A stretch of DNA of 64,000 nucleotides from contig NC_135808.1 of the NCBI RefSeq assembly GCF_964213995.1, forward strand, positions 50,220,001 to 50,284,000. Reading direction: 5' to 3'. Source of the DNA: Mustelus asterias (taxonomy: Eukaryota). How positions within the stretch are numbered: position 1 is the first letter of the stretch; every line of letters begins with the position of its first letter. The notes below the pieces were generated by a model. That model worked only from the letters and a program-made list of their open reading frames with translations. It was not told the DNA's origin and did no database searches. The position numbers and the translations under genes were made by a program. This document shows, one piece after another, positions 1 through 14,769 of the stretch.

Positions 1-1116
1 TTTCCACCTGTGCTGCCACTTTTAAGGATCTGTGTACCTGTACTCCCAGATCTCTCTGTGTGTCTCTGCTCCTGATGGTTCTGCCATTTATTTTATAGCT
101 CCCACCTGAATTGCATCTACCAAAATGCATCATCTTGCATTTGGCTGGATTAAATTCTACCTGTCAATTCTCCACCCAATTTTCCAGCCTATCTGTGTCC
201 TGCTGTATTCTCTGACAATCTTCATCGCTATCCGCAACTCCAGCAATCTTAATATCATCTGCAAACTTGTTAATCAGACCAACTATATTTTCTTCCAAGT
301 CACTTGTATATATTACAAACAATAGAATCCCAGCACTAATCCCTGTTCAAGACCACCAGTTACAGACTGCTTCTTGAAAGCATGCAACGTTTTGGCCTCA
401 ACTGCTTTCTGTGGTAGCAAATTCCACAGGCTGAGCAGGCTCTGGGTGAAGAAATTTCTCCTCATCTCTGTCCTAAACGCTCCATCCTTAATCCACAGAC
501 TATAAGCCCTGGTTCTAGACACCATCGGGTATATCCTTCCTGCATCTTACCAATCTCATATCATCTGGTTCACCCAGGGCTGGGAACTTGAGTGTGCATT
601 TCTCCAACTTTAGTTCCTTCAATGTTTTGTTTGCTCTCAGAGCTTCCCCTCTCTCCTGCCATGCTTCATCATGTACTCTGCTCCAACACCTCACAACTGG
701 CATCAGGTCTGGTCTGAGTACACAACCAGGTCAACTGTCCAATTAAACTTCTCCAAGGATCCGTTTCTTCCTTGGACACTGGATCCTCTTTTTGTGAGGA
801 TCTGACCCGATTTATTGGATGGGATTAACATTTCCCAAATGATTGTCGGTTCAATGTCACACCTGACTTCTTTTGCTTCATGTTTTAACCGATGTGTTTA
901 AAAGCTCCTGAAGCCTGGCTTCCAACCTGGAATTCCTTCTTGATTTCATTGATCATCCATTGATCAAATTCAACAAAACCTCCCCACAGAAAATCACCCA
1001 CATTGATGATAAAGATTCCTGCTGCTCTCTCCTTGTGACACCAATAGAACATCGCAGAGTCAGCTTTCATCTGGAAACAACCCATTTTCAACAGGGCCGA
1101 CCTCAGAGAGAAATAC

Positions 1117-1940
1117 CAAGAACAAAGAAATTACATCACAGGACCAGGCCCTTCGGCCCTCCAAGCCCGCACCGACCATGCCGCCCGACTTAACTAAAAC
1201 CCCTCCCCTTCCGGGGATCATATCCCTCTATTCCCATCGCATTCATGTACTTGTCAAGACGCCCCTTAAAAGTCACTACCGTATCCGCTTCCACTACCTC
1301 CCCCGGCAACGGGTTCCAGGCACCCACTACTCTCTGTGTAATAAATCTGCCTCGTACATCTCCTTTAAACCTTGCCCCTCGCACTTTAAACCTATGCCCC
1401 CTAGTAATTTACTCTTTTACCCTGGGAAAAACCTTCTGAATATCAACTCTGTCCATGCCCCTCATAATCTTGTAGACTTCTATCAGGTCTCCCCTCAACC
1501 TCCGTCGCTCCAGTGAGAGCAAACCAAGTTTCTCCAACCTCTCCTCATAGCTAATACCCTCCATATCAGGCAACATCCTGGTAAATCTTTTCTGTACCCT
1601 CTCCAAAGCCTCCACATCCTTCTGGTAGTGTGGTAACCAGATTTGAACACGAAATTCCAAGTGCAGCCTAACTAAGGTTCTATAAAGCTGCAATATGACT
1701 TGCCAATTTTTAAACTCAGTATCCCGGCCGATGAAGGCAAGCATGCCGTATGCCTTCTTGATTACCTTCTCCACCTGCATTGCCACTTTCCGTGACCTGT
1801 GTACCTGTACACCCAGATCCCTTTGCCTATCAATACTCTTAAGGGTTCTGCCATTTACTGTATATTTCCTGCCTGTATTAGACCTTCCAAAATGCATTAC
1901 CTCACATTTGTCCGGATTAAACTCCAACTGCCATCTCATA
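1117..1940 (-). mobile_element. CR1 3' fragment
   Basis: WQLEFNPDKCEVMHFG...RRRLRGDLIEVYKI. Confidence 0.9.
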
Positions 1941-2130
1941 TTCATAATGCGGACAACACAAAGGTTGGTGGATTTGCGGATAGTTCATAATCCCCTATTC
2001 ATAATACATCATTCAATCCATAAACACCTGTTTAATTTCACAATTTTCCTTCTCGTTAACAGGCTTCTTTAGATGCTTCAAAATATTTCCCTTTGAAATT
2101 TCTCACCCCACAAAAATGCCGCATTTATAT

Positions 2131-2480
2131 CTTAGAATCCCTACAGTGCAGAAAGAGGCCATTCAGCCCATTGAGTCTACACTGACTCTCCGAAAGAGCA
2201 TCTTATCCAGGCCCACCCCTCTAACCCTATCCCCATAACCCCATACATTTACGATGGCTAATCGACCAAACCTGCACATCTTTGGACACCAAGGGCAATT
2301 TAGCATGACCAATCCACCAAACCTGCATATTTTCGGACTGTGGGAGGAAACCAGAGCATCCGGGGGAAATCCACGCAGACATGGGAAGAACGTGCAAACT
2401 TCGCACAGAGGGTGACCCAAGACTGGAATGGAACCCAGGTCCCTGGCGCTGTGAGGCACCAGTGCAAACCAATGTCCCAC
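2131..2480 (-). mobile_element. tRNA-derived SINE (HE1-like)
   Basis: tRNA-like head with A/B boxes, conserved central domain, CR1-type tail. Confidence 0.8.
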
Positions 2481-3831
2481 AGTCCCATATCAATCTGCAC
2501 TTCCAGGAGTATGTCACTAAAGTGGCGAAAAATATCTTCAAGCTTACTTTCCCGACAGTTGGGGATTCCACCCTGAGAACTTGATCCCCAAGTCTCTCCT
2601 CAAATTCCCGAGTTCCCAGTCTAGCTTTAGCCTTTCAAGTGCTGTTAGGGAGAGATGTTTCTGTACATATCCACTGTGAGTCAAGTCTGACTGTCTCCTA
2701 TCTGATATTTTAGTGGAAACTTCAAATTCTCTCCAACTCCTATTGTTTTGCTTCCTTTATCAACTTATCTTTCAATTGATTAGCAACTATTAAAACCTTT
2801 CCACACGGAAGGCTTCTGCTTCTAGTGACATTCTACCTTGTCCCACAGTTCCTTTTCTTATCATGCTCTGACCTCTACTCTTCCCCTCTCTCTATCTGAC
2901 ACATATAGGCAATTCTGTGGATGCGAAAGAGACTCCAGGATGGTATGTTGCCTCCCTGGTGCCAGGGTCCAGGATATCTTTGAATGGGCAGGGAGCATTC
3001 TGAAGGAGGAGGCTGAACAACCAGAGGTCGTGGTACATATTGTAACTGACGACATAGGTAGTGACATAGTCACTATGACTATGGGTCAAATCATCTTTCC
3101 CACATGTGATCAGATTCCTGATTCCAAGTTCATGATCTTTTCCTGGGATCACGACCTCTTTCTGTTTCAGAACTTACAGTGAGCTTCCTGGTCTTTCCCA
3201 TCCTGGCCTTATTTCCCAATCCACTGCCCGGATTTAGAACAAAGAACAAAAGAAAATTACAGCACAGGAACAGACTCTTCGGCCCTCCAAGCCTGCACCG
3301 ACCATGCTGCCCGACTGAACTAAAACCCCCTCCCCTTCTTGGGACCATATCCCTCTATTCCCATTCTATTCATGTATTTGTCAAGACCCTTAAAAGTCAC
3401 TATCGTATCTGCTTCCACTCCATCCCCCAGTAGCGAGTTCCAGGCACCCACCACCCTCTGTTTAAAAAAGTTGCCTCGTACATCTCCTTTAAACCTTGCA
3501 CCTTGCACCTTAAATCTATGCCCCCTAGTAATTGATTCCTCTACCCTGGGAAAAAGCTTCTGACTAATCATTCTGTCCATGCCCCTCACAATCTTGTAGA
3601 CTTCTATTAGGTCGTCCTCAACCTCTGTCGTTCCAATGAGAACAAACCACGGTTCTCCAATCCAAGCTCTAAGTTCATCTGCCTTACCCGTTACACTTCT
3701 CGCATTGAAACAAATGCTCTTCAGTTCACCAGACCCTCTTTGATCAGCAACCCCACCCTGCCTCCTCTTTCACTGAGTCTTACTGGCCCGACTCTCTCAT
3801 TCCCCTTCGGTCAATTCACCTTTGCTTTAGT

Positions 3832-3863
<32 letters not shown>

Positions 3864-4034
3864 CCCCCCGCCCTCCCGCGTTGCACTCGCAAACCTACCG
3901 GCCAGAATATTTACACCCCTCCAGTTTAGACGCAACCCATCCTTCTTGTACTGGTCACACCTGTCCTGGAAGAGATCCCAATGGTCCAGATATTTGAAAC
4001 TCTCCCTCCTACACCAGCTGTTCAGCTGCGTGGA

Positions 4035-5745
4035 GCCTGAAGAGATCGGAGAGGCGCTAAATGAATATTTTTCATCAGTATTCACGCAGGAAAAAGACAA
4101 TGGTGTTGAGGAGAATACTGAGATACAGGCTGTTGGACTGGACGGGATTGAGGTTAATAAGGAGGGGGTGTTAGCAATTCTGGAAAGTGTGAAAATAGAT
4201 ACGTCCCATGCGCCGGATGGGATTTATCCCAGGATTCTCTGGGAGGCTCGGGAGGAGATTGCAGAGCCTTTGGCTTTGATCTTTATGTCGTCATTGTCTA
4301 CAGGAATAGTGCCAGAAGACTGGAGGACAGCAAATGTTGTCCCCTTGTTCAAGAAGGGGAGTAGAGACAAACCTGGTAATTATAGATCAGTGAACGTTAC
4401 TTCTGCTGTGGGCAAAGTTTTGGAAAGGATTATAAGAGATAGGATTTATAATCATCTAGAAAGGAATAATTTGATTAGGGATAGTCAGCACGGTTTTGTG
4501 AAGGGTAGGTCATGCCTCACAAACCTTGTTGAGTTCTTTGAGAAGGTGACCAAAGAGGTGGGTGAGGGTAACGCAGTTGATGTAGTGTATATGGATTTCC
4601 GTAAAGCATTTGATAAGGTTCCCCACGGTAAGCTATTGCAGAAGATACGGAGGCATGGGATTGAGGGTGATTTAGCGGTTTGGATCAGGAATTGGCTAGC
4701 TGTAAGAAGACAGAGGGTGGTGGTTGATGGAAAATGTTCATCCTGGAGTTCAGTTACTAGTGGTGTACCGCAAGGATCTGTTTTGGGGCCACTGCTGTTT
4801 GTCATTTTTATAAATGACCTGGATGAGGGATGGGTTAGTAAATTTGTGGATGACACTAAAGTTGGTGGAGTTGTGGACAGTGCGGAAGGTTGTTGCAGGT
4901 TACAGAGGGACATAGATAAGCTGCAGTGCTGGGCTGAGAGGTGGCAAATGGAGTTCAATGCGGAAAAGTGTGAGGTGATTCACTTTGAAAGGAGTAACAG
5001 GATTACAGAGTACTGGGCTAATGGTAAGATACTTGGTAGTGTGGATGAACAGAGAGATCTGGGTGTCCATGTGCATAGATCCCTGAAAGTTGGCACCCAG
5101 GTTGATAGGGTTGTTAAGAAGGCGTACGGAGTGTTAGCTTTTATTGGTAGAGGGATTGAGTTTCAGAGCCAGGAGGTCATGTTGCAGCTGTACAAAACTC
5201 TGGTGCGGCCGCACTTGGAGTATTGCGTACAGTTCTGGTCACCGCATTATAGGAAGGATGTGGAAGCATTGGAAAGGGTGCAGAGGAGATTTACGAGTAT
5301 GTTGCCTGGTATGGTGGGAAGGTCTTATGAGGAAAGGCTGAGGGACTTGAGGTTGTTCTCGTTAGAGAGAAGAAGGTTAAGAGGTGACTTAATAGAGGCG
5401 TACAAGATGATCAGAGGATTAGATAGGGTGGATGGTGAGAGCCTTTTTCCTCGGATGGTGATGGCTAGCATGAGGGGACATAGCTTTAAATTGAGGGGTG
5501 ATAGATATAGGACAGATGTCAGAGGTAGGTTCTTTACTCAGAGAGTAGTAAGGGCATGGAATGCCCTGCCTGCAGCAGTAGTGGACTTGCCAACATTAAG
5601 GGCATTTAAATGGTCATTGGATAAACATATGGATGATATTGGAATAGTGTAGGTCAGATGGGCTTTAGATTGGTTTCATTGGTCGGCGCAACATCGAGGG
5701 CCGAAGGGCCTGTACTGCGCTGTAATGTTCTATGTTCTATGTTCT
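4035..5745 (+). mobile_element. CR1 (HER1-like) LINE, 5'-truncated, long open RT frame
   Basis: VPQGSVLGP, FVDD, RPHLEYCVQFWSP; (TTCTATG)n tail. Confidence 0.95.
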
Positions 5746-5749
5746 ACGT

Positions 5750-6480
5750 GTTGAGCTGTACTATCTTCCTATTTCTAGCTTCACTGGCACATGGCACAGG
5801 GAGTAATCCTGAGATTACAACCCTCGGGACCCTGCTTTTTAACTTTCTACCTAACTCCCTAAACTGCTGCTGCAGGACCTCATCACTCTTCCTGCCGATG
5901 TCGTTAGTACCAATATGTACCACAACCTCTGGTTGTTCAGCCTCTTCCTTCAGAATGCTCTCTCCCGTTCAAAGATATCCTGACCCTGGCACCAGGGAGG
6001 CAACATACCATCCTGGAGTCTCTTTTACGTCCACAGAATTGCCTATCCGTACCCCTAACTATAGCGTCCCCGATAACTATTGCTCTCGTGTTCTTTATCC
6101 CTCCCTGCTTAACAACAGAGCCAGCCATGGTGCCACTGCTCTGGCTGCTGCTGCTGTTATCCCTGATAGGCCATCCCCCCAACAATGTCCAAAATGGTAG
6201 ACTTGTTAGAGAGGGGATCGACCACAGGGAATTCCTGCACTGAATGCCTGCCCCTTCTAGCGGTCACCCATCTATCTGCCTGCACCTTGGGTGTCACCAC
6301 ATCATTAAAACTCCTGCCTATGATGCTTTCCGCCATCTTCATGCTCCTAAGTGCATCCAACTGCTGCTCCAACCTATCCATGTGGTCTGTGAGGAGCTGC
6401 AATTGGGTGCACTTCCTGCAGATGTAGTCTTCCGAGACGCTGGAAGCCTCACGGATCTCCCACATCTCCCAAGTGCCAGC
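5750..6480 (-). mobile_element. CR1 ORF1 fragment (zinc finger plus SGNH esterase); continues at 3660-4030
   Basis: YICRKCTQLQLL; VIGDAIVRGTDRQFCG..VCCLPGARV. Confidence 0.8.
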
Positions 6481-7412
6481 ATTTGACCGACATTTCTATC
6501 ACCAATTAAATTATTGAAGAAAATTTATTAAACTCTGACCTTCACTTCTCACATGAGGTTGGTCTTCATATCACTTACTTTCCCAGGATACTCTCTGGAT
6601 TTCTCCCTGCAGAATAACAGTTACGAAGCAAGAAGAAAGAAAACAAAACAAAAAGGGAAAACAGCATCTCCTCCCACTCTGCACTGAATTACCGCACTGT
6701 TCCAAATGGCCAAGTTTCAATCCCACTCTGGCTGCCTCAGTCACGCTGTCTCCCATTTCAAGTGCGCAAAGCTCTGATTTCCGGACCTTCCCTTTTTAAT
6801 TCATTTTTACAGGATGTGGGGATCGCTGGCTTGGCCAACATTTATTACCCATCCCTATTTGCCCGTGAGCTGCCTTCTTGAACTGCTGCTGTCCATGAGG
6901 TGTAGGTACATCCACAATGCTGTTAGGGAGGGAGTTTGAGGATTTTGACCCAGTGACAGTGAAGAAAGGGCGATATATTTCCAAGTCAGGATGGTGAATG
7001 TGTTGGTGGGGAATCTCCAGGTGATGGTGTCCCAGGTGTCTGCTGCCCTTGTCCTTCTAGGTGGTAGTGCTTGTGTGTTTGGAAGGTGCTGTTGAAGGAG
7101 ACTTGGTGAGTTCCTGCAGTGTATCTTGTAGATGGTACACACGGCTGTCACTGTTCATTGGTGATGGAGGGTTTGTGGAAGGGGTAACAATCAAGCAGGC
7201 TGCTTTGTCCTGATGGTGTCAAGCTTCTAGAATGTTGTTGGAGCTGCATTCATCCAGGCAAGTGGAGAGTATTCCATCACACTTGTGTCTTGTAGATGGT
7301 GGACAGGCCTTGGGGGTCAGGAGGTGAGCGTCTCACTGCAGGATTCCTAGTCTCTGACCTGTTCTTGCAGCCACGGTTTTCCTATGGCTCACCCAGTTCA
7401 GTATCTGGTCAA

Positions 7413-8090
7413 TGATGAAGTCAGGAATGGGTTAATGAACTTCAATACTCGAAGTGTCACAGTGACCTCTGTGATATTTAGAGCTTGTGTGAGAAATACT
7501 GTAGAACTCATGTTTACGTTCGGGTTTCCATGCTCATGTTTCCAGAACAGATAAGAGCACAGCTGTTGTATGTATTTCTGTTCAAGAATGTGGCTAATCC
7601 GCCATTTTGTATTCTTTAATTATGTATTGCTGTGTAACAATGGACGCCTATATCTCTGCCTTTTGTGACGTATTATGATACCTTCATATATATTCATCAT
7701 AACCTGTACCGATTACATTATACAAGTACCTACGAACGTATATAAATTGTTGTATGCCATTTAACTTGTTTGTGTGAAGACTGTAACTTTGTACGTTAGT
7801 AAGATACCCCACCTGTGCTCACAGAGAACAACAACACTCACGGCCTTGGGATAACCGTGAAGAAAACACCAAGGCAGCAAGGTTCACACAGGAAGATGTG
7901 CAACCGCCTGGGAACCTGTGAGCCTGGGAACCTGCGGACGTGCAAGGTGGGGTATAAATGTACGTGTTTAGCCTGTATTTGCTGAGACATCTGAGGCCAT
8001 GTTAGGCATCGGACGGTCTCCCACAATTGTGCAAATAAACCAAAGTATTTTGACCTACGAATAGACTCAGAGGTATCTTTACCTGCGACA
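7413..8090 (+). mobile_element. 5' LTR of endogenous retrovirus
   Basis: Begins TG where an older LINE fragment breaks off; TATAAA ~7953, AATAAA 8034; ends CA two bases before the PBS. Start is less certain than end. Confidence 0.75.
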
Positions 8091-8092
8091 AA

Positions 8093-8110
8093 TGGTGCCG
8101 AAACCCGGGA
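8093..8110 (+). promoter_or_regulatory. Primer-binding site, tRNA-Phe
   Basis: TGGTGCCGAAACCCGGGA is complementary to the 3' 18 nt of vertebrate tRNA-Phe. Confidence 0.9.
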
Positions 8111-8602
8111 CTGTTTACGGGACCAGTCGAATGGCCACGAATGGGAGACCGGAATAGTTACTGAACTTGATGAAGTGGGTCAAAATACATTGGGTGACCA
8201 TCTGTGATGAGAGAGTGTCTGAACTGATGAAAGACGTCTGAACTGAGCACATACGGACAAGGAGGCAATTGGCTCTGACACCCTGCCGTAAACTGACTGT
8301 TAAGAGGAGGAATCTCCCACGCTGATGTTCGGATTTGAAATGGGTGTCAGGGTTGCCTGAGGTGTGATGTTCAGGCGTGAGTGATGAGTGATCGATAGAG
8401 ACTGTCTGAGTGGTCCCGGAGTGGAAGGAAAAACCTTCATGTGAAAGCCAGCTGAATAAAAATATTGTGTAAGTGGTGGTACGGAGGGATCTGATCACCC
8501 CTGACAGGTATCACCGAACTCAGATAAGAGAAACCTGGGAGGGAGAGAGCGAGAAAGGAGATTAGAAGACTCCAAGGTGGTGAGTATGACCTTATCAATG
8601 AT

Positions 8603-9900
8603 ATGGCGGGACAAGGACAGTGGGGCCCGGGGTCCCTGATACCTGAATATATAATTAAGAGGGACAAACTCATTGAACAGATGATAAAAGGGGGATGGGA
8701 TTTAGACCACCCACTAGACCAACAACGAAAGTGGTTGGAAAAAGAAAAGAAAGACAGAACTAAGAAAATTGGGGTTCTCTTAGTTCACCAATTGGCTGGA
8801 TTAATTGGACAGGTCTCAGTCTTGAGTGAGAAATGGGCTGACGACAAAGCAAAAATTAAAATGTTGGAAACACGCAATAGCAAATTGGAGAAACAGAATC
8901 AACTTTTAGAGGACCCTGCCGGGGGATTCTTGCTTCCCTATGGGCCGGCCGTACAACCCACGGCACCAGTGGGAGACCCTGATGAGGAAGAGGTCCATGA
9001 TCTCGCTCCCATAACTCGGGCCGGGACGTTACAGCATCCCACTGCCCGATATAAACCCTTTACCCCAGGTGAAAGACGACAGATTTTGGCACCCCTGGGA
9101 AGGCTCCAGCCAAGGAGTAACAATAGCAAATTTTGGGCAGAACTGGACACCCTTTGGGTTGGACATCAGTTACATTTGCGGGATATACACCAGTTGGTAC
9201 GGGCTGTTTGCCCGCGGGATAAGTGGAGACTAATGGGTGACGGTGGGGTCCAGGCTAATGTCGCCGACCAAGCTCGGTTGGATTACCGAGGCGGAAGGTG
9301 GACGTACGCGACAGAGACAACCGCCGAGATCGAGGCAATGATTGAGCCATTTACTCGGTTTAAGGCGGAAGTCCAATGAGTCTTGGGTAATGCACCAACC
9401 AATTGGTCCAGACTTACCAATATTAAACAACAAAGGGGTGAAGGAGCCTCCGAATTTGGGGAGCGACTCTTTAGAGTATACCAAGAACGTTCGGGAACAC
9501 CCGAACAGATAGAGCCTTTTTCCAAGCATTTAAAGATGGGCTATCGCCAGCTCACCAGAAAATCCTTAAAATGGGAGTTCTCAATACCCAGGCTGATAAT
9601 GAATTAGTAGAATGGGCATCTGGAATTAGAGATGGACCAGATGAGAAACCATACCCACGAATAAAACAGGAAACAGTTAGTGCAAACAGTGGGGGGGCTA
9701 AACACAAGGGTGCGTGCTATAATTGTGGGAAACCGGGTCACTTTGCCAGAGGCTGTAGAGCTCCAAAGGGGGGCAGTGGAAAAGCCCCTACCTGCCTGTT
9801 TTGTAATAAGGTTGGCCACACTGAGGCCACCTGTTGGAGCAAGCACGGCAGACCGAGTCAACTGCTTCGCCCTCCCCTCATTGACGAGGGAGGGAATTGA
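8603..9900 (+). pseudogene. gag: ERV gag (one premature stop, one frameshift)
   Basis: MHR-like IKQQRGEGASEFGERL; two CX2CX4HX4C knuckles (CYNCGKPGHFARGC, CLFCNKVGHTEATC). Confidence 0.9.
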
Positions 9901-12900
9901 CGGGAGGCAGCCCCCACAAGCCTGGGCACAAAAGAGGGTAGAATCTACGTGTCTGCACTAGTCGGGGGAAGACAATGTGAAATGCTGGTGGACACGGGAG
10001 CCTCCATATCTATCACTGATCTACCCTTGCCCACCACCAATAAACTGATCTATATAAGGGGTGTTAACGGACAGAAGACCCCTGCCTACTTAAGTGAAAC
10101 CACCCTAGTAGAAATTAATAACCTGTATATACCTATGCGATTTTACGTATGTAGAAATAATGAAGGAACTATTATGGGAAATGACCTAATGAAGGAATAC
10201 AAAGTCTGAATAGATTAAGGGAAAGGTGAATTGATTTGGCCCCGCCCCAATGGGAGAAAAGACAGGGTAGGAACATATGTAAACCATTTAGGGACCATCC
10301 ATGCAGCATCTGCAACGGGACGTGACTGGCAGTTAGAAGGTACCGGATTTGGCGCCATCTGCGCCTCCGTCCCCGGTGTGTGGGCGGAAACGAAACTGGA
10401 TACTGGATTCGTCAAAATTGACCCTATAATAGTGGTAGGGCCAGAACATAAACCACATCGGCAAAACCCGATTAAGCCCAAAGGCAAAAAGGCAGTGGAG
10501 GAAATTGCGACGGGATTGGTAAAGAGAGGGATCCTACGGGAAACCACTCGTGCCACCAACTCCCCCACCTGGCCCGGTGTCTAAACCGGACGGGAGCTAT
10601 AGATTAACCATTGATTATACAGCTTTAAATAAAGTGACCCCGAAGCTACACCCCATCGTGGCCTCGCCCCTCCACCATTTTAAACGGGTTGTCACCATCC
10701 CATGGAATCTTCACGAGATTGGATATCGCCAACGGTTTGTCGTCCATTCCCCTGGACCCTAATTCGCAAGATAAATTTGCATTTACCGTGGGCGATAAGC
10801 AGTGCACATGGACTCGGCTCCCGCAAGGCTTCCATAACAGCCCGGCTATATTTCACCGGGTAATGAGTAAGATATTAGAACAGGTGGAAGTCCCAAAAGG
10901 GAGCACAATTCTGCAGTATGTAGATGATATCTTAATAGCCTCCGAAACTAGAGCAGAACATCAGACGGTGCTATACTCAGTCTTGAAACACTTAGAAGAA
11001 CAGGGACTAAAGGCGAGCCCCAGGAAAGCCCAAATCGGGAAAGAGCAGGTGTTATATTTGGGACACCTGATATCCCAGGGGACCAAAGAAATGCCATTGG
11101 ACAGGAAAACGGCCATTCAGCAAATGCCAAGACCAGTAACCGTCCGAGGGGTCAGGAAGGTTTTGGGACTGTTTAACTACAGTCGCAACTTTATACTGGA
11201 ATTTGCCAGGCTCGCCGAACCAATACAAAGGCTAGTAAAAGGGGGGAAACCCACTCTTGAGGTTATAGAGTGGGGATCAGAACAGGAAGAGGCATCTCGT
11301 AAACTAAAAGCAGAACTAATGACAGCTCCGGGACTTGGACTGCCCAACGCTAATAAAGATTTTCACATCTATTGTAATAATGAGGGGGGGTTTATTCGGC
11401 AGTAGTTACACAGGTCCATGGGGACAAGCAGCGACCAGTGGGTTATTATTCCACAGCGGAGGGCCCCGCAGTAGTCGGGTTGCCCAGATGTATAGCCGCA
11501 CTGGATTGAGCGGCATGGGCAGTAAGGGTCAGTGAGCCCATCATAATGACGGGGAATATTGTTTTGCTCACCAAACATACCTTAGTGGAAATGCTGAACA
11601 CAGGAAAATTGCGGTCTGTCTCAAATGTGAGAAGGGCGAAGTGGGAGGCAGTGCTTCTCCCACCCACTAAGTCCATCACCATTGTACGAGACATGGGAAC
11701 GAACCCCGCAGAAGGAATGTTAGGTGAAGGGGACCCACACACCTGTGGGGACGTAGATGAGGAGGTAGACGAAGGTAGAATAAAAGATGTGTCCCTGCAG
11801 GCACCAGATATGGTCCTATTTGTGGATGGATCACGGAAATGTGTCGATGGGTCACCACGAACAGGATGGGCGGTAGTGAATGCGGATTTACAAATTGTTC
11901 TAGCAGGAAGAATAGAGGGAGGCATGTCAGCGCAAGTAGCGGAACTGGTATCCTTGACTCAGGCTTTTACAGAGGCTGCGGGGAAAAGGGTCAACATTCA
12001 CACCGATAGTAGATATGCGTTTGGAATTATACATGACTATATGACAGTTTGGGGGAGAAGGGGATTTATCACAATGGGAGGCACTCCAATTAAACATGGC
12101 CAGATAATAACAACCTTATTGGGAGCCAGCGAGCTCCCATCGGAAGCCGCAGTATTGAAGGTAAAGCACACCACAAGGAACCAGATAAGCAAAGTCCTGA
12201 GTGGTATATGTTTAAGGGAAACCAGGCAGCCGATAGAGCGGCACGAGCTGCCTTGGAAACAGGGGAAGTGCCGGCCTTGCCAGCTGCCTCGAGTAAAATC
12301 GAAACCCCGATAGACATCTCACAGCTCCATGCTGATACCCCTGAAGAAGAACGTCTGAGGGGGAAAACTCAAAAGGAGCTACACCTGATGGAGGAGGGGT
12401 GGATGGAGATTAAATGATAAAGTCCGAGCCCCAGAATGTATCCAGCATACTCTGATGTGGTTACATCATGGGCTGTCGCATGTGGGGAGGGATGCCACGG
12501 TGACCAGTGTGGGGAAGGAATGGTGGTGGAAAGGAATGGGAGGGGACATTGCCCGATATTGTCACCGGTGCATAACCTGTGCACAGTATAACCCTGGAAG
12601 ACCCGTAAAAATCAGGATGGGGCACCAGCCTCGCCCTCAGGGTCCCTGGGAACACCTGCAAGTTGACTTTACAGGACCTCTCCCGCAGTCACACGGGAGA
12701 ACCTGCTGCTTGGTAATTATTGACCAATTCACCAGATGGGTAGAAGCATTCCCGACGAAAAATTGTACTGCCACTACAGTGGCCAGAATACTAGCTGAGG
12801 AAGTTATCCCAAGATGGGGGGTGCCTTTGCAAATAGACTCCGTTCAAGGCACGCACTTTACGGGGAAGGTTGTAAAAACCACATGTCAACTGATGGGGAT

Positions 12901-13492
12901 AAGACAGATATTTCACATACCCTACCACCCTCAAAGCTCGGGGATGGTGGAACATATGAATAGGACACTTACGATGTCCTAGGCAAAGGCCATGCAGGAA
13001 TCAGGAAAGAGATGGACAGAAGTATTACCCGCCATATTAATGGAACTCAGAGCCACCACAAATCGGACCACTGGGCTGACACCATATGAGCTAATGCCCG
13101 GAAGGGCTATGCAACTGCCCGAGTCCATCATTACCGGAGGGACAGATGGAGGCCCATTACGGGACAAGATTAGGCGATATGTATTAGAATTAAGCTCCCA
13201 ATTAAAAGATATGCGGAAAAAAGTACGGGACAAACAAATAGCGGTAGATGAGTACAATGAACTAGAACAGACCCCGGAGATACCCCCGGCAGGCAGCAAG
13301 GTTACGGTAAAAACCTTACCCGAAAAACCTGGATTCGCCCCCGAAGGGAAAGGCCCCTATGAGTTTATCATTAGTGGAGACACCTGTGCCTGTATAGGTA
13401 TGCAAGGCAGAGGTGTCTGGAAACACTGGGCCCAGTTGAAAGAATACACTGGCACCAATCGGAAAACATGTAATGGACAACAAAACAGTTAA
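9901..13492 (+). pseudogene. pol: ERV pro-pol (protease, RT, tether, RNase H, integrase), multiple disruptions
   Basis: LVDTGAS; RLPQGFHNSP...QYVDD; FVDGS..SAQVAEL..HTDSRY; HHCC and LQVDFTG...DDE core; GPY motif. Confidence 0.93.
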
Positions 13493-14769
13493 GAGGGGAG
13501 TAAAGGGTTAAACACCAGCAGGCTGAGAGTTTCTCTCTCTCTTGACAAGGGAAAGAGACAGAGAGAGAGAGGGGTGAAAGTGTGCGATCGAGAGCCACAT
13601 GTGGTGGAAGAGGGTATCGTAGATCAATGTTTAATAAACTATTCTCCCCAGTTGAAATTTTACAGTCGTGCATTACATTACAGCTGAAGAGTTGTAAGGA
13701 GAGCTAACCATTTAAGAGAAATAATTAATTATGCGCTCATCTTGAGCTTAAACCGGAGAATCTGTAAGAAAGTGTAAACGTCTTAATAAGTAGAGATATT
13801 TAAAAAGTGACAAAAATAAATGGATTTTTTGGATCAGGCTTTTGTTACAAAATGTACTCTTGATAGAATTGACAATGAAAAGATAAATGGAAAGAATTAT
13901 TCCTGCGTATTTGAAGTGATGATTAATCACTTGTTTATGTTCAGCTGAGGGAACTTACCCCTCCGGCTCTCTGCTGAAACGAGCAGAGAACTAATCCATC
14001 CTTTCCGCCACAGGAAATTCATGTTATAAGACTTGCAGTAATCTTAAGATATAGAGTCAAAACTTAAGAGAGAAGGGAGTTACAGAAGGTAGAATGGGAG
14101 TGTGTGTGTGTAATGCTGGGAATCATTATACGGCCATAATGCATTCTAATTAAAATGTGTTACACGGATCAACCATGAAACTGTATTAAATGCCAGACAG
14201 GCTAAAAGGGAGTGCCCGCCTATAATACCAAATTGGCAAATCCATATAATTGAGATAAGAAAATGCTGGGAAAGTGTTTGTTACAAACTGTTCGAAATTA
14301 AAGTGATGAGATTTCTTGAATTTACTTCTGTTTTGAGTTGAATTACAGTTTGGAAAACAGCAGAATAAAAGTGACTGTTAATCAACATTCAGTTTACTTC
14401 AATGTTTTATTTTCATCCCAGTTTAAGATGTTAAGTCTGAATAAATGTTGGAAGCTTCCATGTGTATCTGTGTGTTTAACAACGTGATTGCGTGAATGTT
14501 TTGTTGGTGTTCGCTTGAATGTTTTAATGTTGAGAAAGGAGTTAAACCTTGGAAGGACCATGTGCTCTTTCCTTGTCTTGAAGTTGAAATTATAAGAGTG
14601 TAGTTGAGACGTTAAAAGAAAGGTAACTTTGTGAAAACAAAGAAAAGCAGGAACAAAAGAATAAGATGAATATACTGTCTCTGAGTCAGTTTAAAGTGTA
14701 TCAAATCAGTGAAATGAATTCCTGACACAATATGTGGATAGGCCGACAAGAGGTGAGGCCACATTGGAT

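Noticed and set aside
3946-5652. 568-aa ORF as a host gene
   Set aside because: 5'-truncated CR1 ORF2 lacking the endonuclease; the N-terminus reads in from flanking antisense ORF1 sequence
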